Source: Octopus vulgaris
Taxonomy: Eukaryota
Length of the DNA stretch: 64,000 bases
Assembly (NCBI GenBank): GCA_951406725.2
Contig: OX597822.1
Location: 50,592,001 to 50,656,000, forward strand
Direction: 5' to 3'
Positions 54,781 through 64,000 of this stretch are shown in pieces. Position numbers and translations under genes: made by a program. Within the stretch, counting starts at the first letter, position 1. Each line of letters starts with the position of its first letter. Below the pieces are notes generated by a model. The model worked only from the letters and a program-made list of their open reading frames with translations. It did not search any database and was not told the DNA's origin.

Positions 54781-57271
54781 AATTGCATAGGTCTAAGTCA
54801 GACAATTTAAAAGAAAAGCAATAAGAATATCCTACGAAATGTGATGACTGCCTCAGTAGACATGGGCACTCTTCTCCACTCACCCATTCCTATTATTAGT
54901 TCCAAGTATGGACTTTACTACTTTTACCTACAGATATAAGAGCTTTTTTTCTTCTTCACGTTAGCTTCTTACACTCTGCAGTTTTCTTCTGTCGTCATTT
55001 AGTGATTTTTTGGGGCATACGTTTATTACTTCAAGAAATCGAGGGAAAAGGAAATGCATCATCGTACTAAAGACCAAACACTATACAGTATTAAGAAAAT
55101 AAAAACAAAATTCTTATAAAATTGTATTAAGCACCCAAAATCAATGTTTGCGGAGCCGGTATTTCATATGTTTATCGAATTTGTTTGTACCGAATTATGT
55201 TTAAAACAGAGTTTATAATAGATTTCACTTAAAATATCTGTTTAAAAAAAAAAAGACAATGCATGCTGTTCAGAATTTTATATATTATTATGGCCATTCT
55301 GAAATATTGTATATTACTTTACTCTCTCATGTATGTGCGTTATGCCTAATCAATTGCACCCTTTTCGATGTGCTAGCAGTGTGCTATTGTTTTTATCTTT
55401 CAGTTTCAGTGTTGGATCTGGGTTAATACAGTTATACTTGTTTCATTGGCGACTAGAATACTGACATCTATACCCTTGGCAAATTCATGAACAATTCTTA
55501 ATCGTGTAAAGAGGTTTATGCCATTCATTTTTTCTATGTTGAAACCAGATACTTGATGTAATAAGTTACTACTGAAGTTATTGTATCCATATTCAAGAGT
55601 TTGACTTTCATAATTAAACTATATTATGATATCATTATTCTTTTTCTCTTTGTTTTCCTACCGATTTACTGGTCTTCATGGAGCTATTTTAAACAAGCAT
55701 CTGTCAATTTCCTAGTTCATATATGCTACTCTGGTTAGATGTTACAACTTTCTAGTGGAGTGGAATATGCAATATAATGGTGCTTTCAGATATTTAGTTT
55801 TGTATACTAAGACGCGTATGGTGCCATACTTTTCTATTAAGCAAAGGCATTCGCCAGTTGCCAAGTCCATTCTCTTTTCAAATCAGTAAATGATGCGTAG
55901 GTGCTTTAGTCATCATATGGATACATAGCTGTCATTTATACGAAATTGTGTGAGAACGTACTGAATTACTTGCTGCGCATATATTGCATTTTTGTGTATC
56001 TTCTCTTGCTAACAAAAGTACTTTCTGGCATTTGTTCCAATATACATAAGCTTCCTTTGATGTTGATGTTTGTCATGTGTTTGTGTTTGCACTAGTTTCA
56101 AATGCCATGACATCTTTTAAGAAGTGCTTATATTTTATGTAACACCTTATCCCGCTTGCCTTTGATGATATGATTTGATTAAGTGCTTTTCTTTACTTCG
56201 AGAATATCGTCTTTTCTCTTATAATATTTCTGGATATTTCTCTTCCCCTACTTTTTCACACGTGTAGTTTCTTTCATTTCCATGAAATAATGACAGATAT
56301 TCCTGCTTTATTTCTTCTTTTTGTATCTTCTGAATTAAATATAGAATATTTTCTTTTAACTGATGGTTGTTATGTTTGGTTGAGTGGATCCTTACTCAAT
56401 TACTATAAAACCTGGATTTCTTCGAAACTACCATAGCCACTCATTAGATTAAACCAGTCAGCGTGTTGATATTCGGGTTTCTTTTTGTGCATGAAATTTC
56501 TCATAGTATCTTTTGATATTCAATTATTATTTCCCGGAGCTGCTTGTTTGCATGTAACTTAAGAGGCACTTTCCCTCCTTTATTGCATTAGGAATTCTTA
56601 TTATAATTTTGTAATTTTCTATATTGTTTTTCTGATAGATTTCCCTGAATGCTAACTCTGGTTTGTCTGTTGTGTAGAGCAGAGACAATATTTTGCGTCG
56701 GAATTTGGTAGTTCCTTGACTGTTTGAAGCAGAACGCATGCAACATTCATCCTAGATTTTTCTCCCGTATATATTTTTGTTCTTCTGTTCGTGTGTGGGA
56801 AATTTTGTAATAATTTGATTGTGTTTTGACAGCTTACGTGATTCATGTTTGGAGAGTCGATGCAAAAGAAATCATCTCACTGTTATCAACTGAAAATAAG
56901 AATATGACAATGAAACAAGACTAAAACAATAGATGCAAATGACAGTCGATTTCTCTTCCCATCAACATTTTAAAACGTTCATTGACAGTGAAATTTGTGT
57001 GCAGAAAGTGAAATACAATGATCTGAGTGAATAGTTTATGTACAAAAAATGGCATTCATGATTGAGTCTAACGTCACTATGAATCTAAATGACAAAGACA
57101 ACAGCTAAGGGAGATAACTTTCCTTTAGCAATCAGTGTGATGCCGGATGTGAGGTATACATTGCCTGCCGCTAGGCTATTTCTTAGTATTAATATAGCTA
57201 TTCTCACTACTACTGTTGTTGCGACTACCGCTGTTACCATTCAACGACAATTATAACCACAGTAACAATCC

Positions 57272-57667
57272 TTTCTTCTATAGTCACAAGGCCTGAATTT
57301 TTTTGGGTGGAAGGAGCAAGTCGAATGCATCGATCCCAGTACTAAATATGTACTTAATTTATCGACCCCGAAAGGATGAAAGGCAAAGACGACCTCGGTG
57401 GAATTTGAACTTAGAACGTAATGACATATGAAATACCTATTGCTTTACTACCCGCAAGGGGCTAAACACAGAAAGGACAAACAAGGACAGACAAACGCAT
57501 TAAGTCGATTATATCGAACCCAGTGCGTAACTGGTGCTTATTTAATCGACCCCGAAAGGATGAAAGGCAAAGTTGACATCGGCGGAATTTGAACTCAGAA
57601 CGTAGTGGCAGACGAAATACCGCTAAGCATTTCGCCCGGTGTGCTAACGATTCAGCCACTTCGCTGC
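57272..57667 (-). mobile_element. Dimeric tRNA-type SINE
   Basis: Minus strand GCAGCGAAGTGGCTGAATCGTTAGCAC...GAGTTCAAATTCCGCC...CATCCTTTCGGGGTCGAT; the second half is repeated internally (57361-57440 versus 57545-57620). Confidence 0.9.
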
Positions 57668-57899
57668 TTTTGTAACAACAGCAATAATAATATCAAGAAG
57701 AAAAACCTAAAAGTTTCATTTTGCGTGTTTGTGTTTCTTCGCTATATTTGTTACATACGTGTGATTTTACAATGGCGTCTGCATAACCTCTCATCGCTTA
57801 TGTAATTTATCATCACAGACCCTCCTTTATCACTGGCCTTCTTTCTAGAAATTATATTATCATTATTGCTTCAAAATATTTTCTATGTTACTACTTTGT

Positions 57900-58125
57900 C
57901 ACAATTTAGTGGGTTTACCCTGGGAAAACGAGAGACCACCTGTGACCTCAGGCAACTAAGAAATTTCGAATGATCTACGCCGTTCCTATCAAGCAAGCCA
58001 GCAGCATGTAATTTATATTCTTTTCTGTCCACTTCTTCAGCCTCTTCCTCGTTGTTCTTCAGGCTCCGATGACAATTGGATCGATCTCACTTCTTCTTCA
58101 AGCCTACAATCTGCTTATCCCCCTC

Positions 58126-58167
<42 letters not shown>

Positions 58168-58700
58168 TTAGCCTGGTATATATCTACCTTGTCGAATTCG
58201 TTTTCTTTCATTCTTGTATTAAATGGGCAGGCAACATTTAGGTAGCAAGTCCATTACTTCTTCTCAAACACCAAAATATCTGGTCTGCTATGCTCCATGT
58301 TTAGGTAGGTAGGTCCCATAGAAGTATAACCTCATCATCCACAATCAATATTTCGGCTTCAGGTTTATACCTCTTGTGTCCTGATGGAAGTCAATCATAC
58401 TTACATATTTCCTACTGGATGGTCATTTCAACATTCTCATATTTCCAAGGTCTTTACTGTATCCGTGCGAGTTTGGAAAATTCACTTACTATATGGGTTG
58501 TAGTTTCTTCTCGTTCACGCAGCAATATGCACAATGGCGAGACAATGCACTATTTTGCACTATCTGTTCAGATTGCTTGACACTGAGCTGCCATAATAAA
58601 TCATCTTTTTCTTTGAGAATTCCTTTTTTCAACCAATTCCAAACGCCTTTGCCTCTTTCTTCCTCAGTATTCTTCATAAACGGAGTGTAAGCGTATTTCC
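57900..58700 (-). mobile_element. R4/Dong 3' end, decayed
   Basis: VWNWLKKGILK...C.LCILLRE.EET; RPDILVFE; IDVACPF; CCLLA*.GTA..IR.FL. Confidence 0.8.
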
Positions 58701-58875
58701 ATATACCTTTGTTTTTTTCTTAGACAAAAGCAAAAACAACAACATTATTGGCAACATTAACAAAGGCGATAACAATAAAACTTGTTACCATGGTTGCATA
58801 TGGTAGCCACGATAAAACCAAAGCAATATGAATGATGTCAGTGATAAACATAATAAAAAGATAAAAGAAAACATG

Positions 58876-59319
58876 GGCTACAGCAGATATTCTGCTAAAT
58901 ACCACAGATTTGCTTGTTAAATGTGTGACCTTAACCAGCTGAGCATGTTCCTTGTTGGATGACAATATGGGCATCTCTGATCATGAGCGGAAATAGTGGA
59001 GGAGAATCATATTCATGTGGTGAGAGGGATTCTTTGAGGGCACGAATAATACACTCATGGAAATGTGTGTTTCGTTGAACATGCTTAAACAACACCTTAA
59101 TCAGGGACATTTTGAGTGGGATTGCCTACTCAACTTAAAGATCATTGTAACTAGGCGCCACCTCCAATGTCATGCGCTGTTTTTCTTGTTATGAGATCAG
59201 CATGCCGCGAACATATTATTGCGATGCATGTACCTTATCAAATGGATAGTCATGGTGGTTATACTACGCTTTGTGTATTGAACACAAGCGTCACTTTCAT
59301 GACATGCACTGCTCTCACA

Positions 59320-59322
<3 letters not shown>
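58876..59322 (+). mobile_element. Unclassified ~450-bp interspersed repeat with (TAA)n tail, copy 1
   Basis: Aligns with 60668-61066; followed by (TAA)n 59323-59399. Confidence 0.7.
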
Positions 59323-59399
<77 letters not shown>

Positions 59400-60378
59400 G
59401 TTGGTGACTAGATGTAGGTTACTCCACCCAAAAGTTGACACAGTCAGACTGCATGTACCAAGAAAAAGAGGGGGAAAGGACTGATTGGATGCGAATGCAG
59501 CATTAGAGCACAAAAATAACATCGCATGGTATGTAAAAGTTCCACAGAGACATTATTGGAAGAAGGCCAGCATTGTGTAGTATGGAAGATTGCAGAGACG
59601 AAGCACTATACAAGCACTTGAGAATGAATGAAAATGAAAATTGGTGGATAAAGAAAAGAATGCATGGACAACTTCGTAAGGATTTTGAAGATAAGACGGA
59701 CAGAAAGAAAAGATGTCTATGGATAACTAAAGTAATTTTAAAGCGCAAACGCTTACACCAATCTGTGCTCCCCAAGAAAATACAGAAAATACGGAGTACA
59801 CAACATATCAGAAAGCTGATAAGTGCAGAATTTGTAGACAAAATCGTGAAGACGTATGGCATATTAGCAGTCAATATACGCCACTAGACCCGAAGGAATA
59901 TAGAATATGACAATGTAGCAAGGATTGTCTATTGGACATTTTGCAACAGGTATGGACTAAACAGAGCAAAAATAGTGGTTCGAACATAAAGCCTAAGCCA
60001 TCGTCGTATATGTTACTACAAATATCCAATGGGATTTTATGATTCAGTGCCACCATGAGATGGAGAATAGGAAGCCAGACATAGTGTTAATTGAGAAAGA
60101 AAGCAAACGATGCCGAACTGGCAACAGCATATGCGATCAGGAAGAAAGAAAAATCGATAGATATGGCAGATTAGCTTGGGAGGTTAATCAGTTGTCGCTG
60201 AAAAAGGTGTTTGTAGCATCAATAACTGTCGAAATCTTGGGAACAGTGAGTAAAAGTCGTGAGAAGTAGATGGAACAAATAGGGGCTGCAATAAAGGTAG
60301 AGCACTTGCCAATAACAGTACTGCTTGGAACCGCTCGAATACTCCGGATGGTACTAGAAAAAAATAAGGAGTGTTACC
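59400..60378 (+). mobile_element. R4/Dong 3' end, same subfamily as 53070-53500
   Basis: LHPKVDTVRLHVPRKRGGK.LI; KRMHGQ; KCRIC; QWDFMIQCHHEMENRKPDIVLIEK; ERKIDRY..L.WEV; LLGTARILRMVL. Confidence 0.9.
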
Positions 60379-60379
60379 T

Positions 60380-60527
60380 TATTCAGACAAATACATAACA
60401 AAAAACACCTTACAACTATATCTAAGACGAATAGTTCTACTAGCTATTGCACACGTCCTACGTAAAATGCTTTCAATGCAGTGAAAATAAGAGCACCATA
60501 ACAAACCACAGCACATACCCAAGGCAC
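60380..60527 (+). mobile_element. Short R4/Dong 3' fragment, subfamily of 35917-37035
   Basis: ATTCAGACAAATACATAACAAAAAACACC...CACAGCACATACCCAAGGCACA aligns to 36825-36981. Confidence 0.8.
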
Positions 60528-60667
60528 AAATAATAACAATAACAACAACAACAGCAACAGTAATAATGAATGGCCTGATACAGTACCAGTTAGTGTCCCT
60601 CATTGCTTCTCATGTTAACTGATAGGAAGTGTTCTCATGCACATTGTTTTGTGTTGGTATTAAAGAT

Positions 60668-61066
60668 GGACTACGGCAAATATTCTGCGCAATACCAGAG
60701 ATTTTCTTATAAGTGGCTTGACCATAACCAATTGAGCATGCCCTTTAGTGGCTGACGATATGTACATCACTGATCACGAGCAAAAGAAGCATGGGAACAT
60801 CATAATCATGTGTTTTGAGGAATTCTTTAGATTCTGAATAAAATACCTCTGCAAACATGGATGCTTCGTTCATCATCCTTAAACAAAACATATTCATGGA
60901 CCATTTGAGTGGGATAGGCCCCACCTGCATGATCATGCACTGTTTATCTTGATATGGTTGTGATGCATGTGTATGGTGTGTACTTATCAGACAGACATGT
61001 GTATACTCGGCTTCGTATATTTTACCCCAGTGTGACCTTGACGACATGCTCTGCTCTCTCACACAA
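60668..61066 (+). mobile_element. Unclassified ~400-bp interspersed repeat, copy 2
   Basis: Aligns with 58876-59322. Confidence 0.7.
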
Positions 61067-61094
61067 TTATAATAAGAACGACAGTTTTAAATTT

Positions 61095-61297
61095 TACCAC
61101 AATGCCTGCAATTTTAGGAGAGGGGTTAGTCGATAACAACCACTCCAGTGTTCAACTACTATTCATTATATCGCCTTCAAAAGAATGAATGGCAAAATCA
61201 AACTACGGCACCATTTGAACTCAGGACGCAAAGATGAATAAAATACCACTTAGTATTTCAGCCGGTGAGCTAACGTTTCTACTAGCTCGCCGCCTTA
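61095..61297 (-). mobile_element. tRNA-type SINE, diverged
   Basis: Minus strand AAGGCGGCGAGCTAGTAGAAACGTTAGC...CTGAGTTCAAATG. Confidence 0.8.
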
Positions 61298-61304
61298 TGA
61301 TAAT

Positions 61305-62000
61305 TCACAATGAAGACTGCTACAATTGCCCTCGACACTTACCTAAACACTCTGAACAATGGATGTTAAAACTTGTCTGAAAACATGAAAACGAGAAAAC
61401 ATCATACTCAGTTACAAGACAGTCAAAGGATTATCCACGTGAATTCCAAATACAACGAATTCCAGAATTAAACTATTAGAATCAAGCACAGAAAAACTAA
61501 GCGTATGAAAACCTTAGCTGAAACTGATGCCTTGGATATTCTTACTGATAAATGGCAATAGAAACCTTACAATGACAAATACCTAAAGGGAATTAATGAT
61601 GCCGATGTTGACAAAGCCCTTACCCTTCTGGCTTAAAATCAGAAACAGAAGGGTTTATCATAGCAGCCCCAGATCAATGCCTACTTATAAGAAACTACCA
61701 GGCCAACATATTTAAGAACGGCAGCTGCCCAAGATGTCGTGTATGTCAACAACAAAATAAAACCATTGATCAATGTCTCCATGTGTAGTCTTCTTGCACC
61801 TACAGAATATCTCAACAGGCGTGATAAAGAAGCGCAATATATTCACTGGATAATTTGCAAAATCTTGACCTGCCACATGATTAAAACTTGTGGAAACTCA
61901 AAGCATCTCCAGTGCTTGAAAATGATTACATCTCACTCCTCTGGAACTTCACTATTCAAACTGACAGAAGGATAGATGCAAATTGGCCAGATATTGTATC
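61305..62000 (+). mobile_element. R4/Dong zinc-knuckle/endonuclease fragment
   Basis: GLKSETEGFIIAAPDQCL..RNYQANI..CPRCRVC...LAPTEYLNRRDK.AQYIHWIICK; LLWNFTIQTDRRIDANWPDIV. Confidence 0.9.
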
Positions 62001-62106
62001 ATATTTTCTCATTAATGTGACTGTCATAATTATGTTAGGAGGCCCTAATTATCTTTATGTATACATGTATGTATGCATGTATGTAGGTATGTCACCAACC
62101 GATCAT

Positions 62107-62316
62107 GACCGCTGCCAGCTTCACCTGGCACCTGTGCCGGTGGCACGTAAAAGTCACCCACTACACTCACGGAGTGGTTGGCGTTAGGAAGGGCATCCAG
62201 CTGTAGAAATACTGTCAGATCAGACTGGAGCTAGATGGAGCCTCCTGGCTTCCCAGACCCCGGTCGAACCGTCCAACCCATACTAGCGTGTGTTGGACGT
62301 TAAACGATGATGATGA
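62107..62316 (+). mobile_element. SINE 3' portion with RTE-type tail
   Basis: TGGTTGGCGTTAGGAAGGGCATCCAGCTGTAGAA...GGACGTTAAACGATGATGATGA. Confidence 0.8.
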
Positions 62317-62330
62317 TATATACATACATA

Positions 62331-62392
<62 letters not shown>

Positions 62393-62394
<2 letters not shown>

Positions 62395-62697
62395 CATACA
62401 AAATTTAGAGGACTGACCACGAAAAGTGGTAAGCCTATATGCTAAACGTAGACGTCAAATCGCCATTACCACGAAGAATGTTCTCAAGAAAAATCTCAGC
62501 AAAAAAACAAAATGTAAAAATAAGCACGACAAATGAAAGCATACGATATAATATTTTCATTTGTCGTGCTTATTTTTACATTTTTTTTGCCGAGATTTTT
62601 CTTGAGAACACATTCTTCGTAGTAATGGCGATTTGACATCTATGTTTAGCATAAAGGGTGTCCACTTTAGTGTTCATTCCTCTAAATTTTGTATGTA
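62393..62697. repeat. Long hairpin/foldback, about 145-bp arms and 15-nt loop
   Basis: TACATACAAAATTTAGAGGA...TAAGCACGACAAATGAAA is the reverse complement of TTTCATTTGTCGTGCTTA...TCCTCTAAATTTTGTATGTA. Confidence 0.95.
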
Positions 62698-62815
62698 CCA
62701 CAATTTTTAATCTTCGGATTTAAAAAAAATGCTAAACCACTGGTTTTAATTGATTAATATCAAGTTCTTCCCTTATTATTTAATTTTATATTAACACATA
62801 CACACACACACACAG

Positions 62816-62864
<49 letters not shown>

Positions 62865-63699
62865 CATATATAAATATGTGCGTGTCTATGTATGTATACA
62901 TTTTCACGGGTACATGGATTAGATAAAAATGTTTCATATTTTATTGTGCAATCTTCTCAGAAGACAGCTAATCCATATTACACTTGTAGGAACTGGAGCT
63001 TATCGTGAATTATTTTTTAAATTAGTGAGGAAGACGAAATGTACTGAAATGGATTCACTAAATTGCATAGCTTCTGCTTTTCCCAGTAGTGATTAAATAA
63101 TTGAAAAAAATTAACCACAGTACATCAGGTGTTAGAAAACTTGAAGGAAATTTTGAATTAATGATTATTATGGTGTCTCTTTTCACCGTAGTAACATTAT
63201 GAATATTTTTAATTAGTTAATGACACCTGCGAGAATCTCATCATAGTAATCTACCTATTAGCGTTCGTTTATTTATCATTGATTTAAAATAAGATTATTT
63301 GTAGGCTCATTTCGTAGATACAGGAGTGAGAATTACGCACCTGATCAGCGGTCAACAACCTCAAGCACGTAAAACTCAATATCTATATTTTTCTACGCAT
63401 GAAGAGAAGACAAGATGTACTCACATCTATTTCATGTAATATAGAAGATACCTTAAGAAATGTAATATAAGTGTATTAAATCTATCATAGGTATTTAAGG
63501 AAAACCACACCATGCATAACAAATTATTGTGTCCCTGCATGACCGCAGTCTAATGACTGAAATAGACAAAAGATGCCGTCGACAGGCGCACGTTATAAAC
63601 AGTAATCCACACATTACAACCATTAATTTGTCTTTTATATTAACAGGGAAATCCATTTTTTTCGAAGGCTCTTTAGTTATCAATTAATATCGCAAGATG

Positions 63700-63935
63700 T
63701 TTTGCCCAAGTCGTTAGAGTGATGGGGCCATAGGCATAAAGATGTGGGTTCGACTCTTAGATACGTAACGCGTTTTCGCATTGATTAATGCATTTCATTC
63801 CTTGCTATTCAAATGTACTCCATTGAAAATGGTTACCAGTTGAGTAATTGTTAAGCCAAATGTACCCTCTGCTGTTACATCCTCGATGTTCCGTTGATTT
63901 CATAAGATGAGGTCAAGAGAGTATATCAGTAGAAT
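63700..63935 (+). mobile_element. Old SINE remnant
   Basis: B-box-like GGGTTCGACTC followed by a core-like ACTCCATTGAAAATGGTTACCAG. Confidence 0.4.
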
Positions 63936-64000
63936 TTTTTACACTGTTGAATTTTAAGCGTTATATTGTTTTTGTTTTGACTATTTTCTCTGTGCCATTT

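Noticed and set aside
63495-63683. 62-aa ORF with a hydrophobic stretch
   Set aside because: No recognisable domain or splice support.

Overview
AT-rich, repeat-dominated eukaryotic DNA with one 100-N assembly gap. The SINE families and microsatellite load suggest an octopus (coleoid cephalopod) genome; this is inference. No intact protein-coding gene is supported: nearly all ORF-track entries are microsatellite artefacts or decayed transposon frames. Content: an RTE LINE 3' end; about 8 R4/Dong LINE fragments, several nested in (TAA)n arrays; several Penelope-like (GIY-YIG) remnants with minimal hammerhead-ribozyme motifs; three mariner fragments; a non-autonomous Helitron; a MITE; long foldbacks; tRNA-type SINEs; a Gypsy integrase fragment; and a head-to-tail array of ORF1-only L1/Tx1-like units. 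Best leads: a hammerhead with a U3-A8 core variant, the ORF1-only self-adjacent array, a splice-site-bounded duplicated exon-like block with frame-preserving indels, long hairpins (possible ADAR substrates) and a palindromic NF-kB-like site pair. All alignments were done by eye, so boundaries of decayed elements are approximate.
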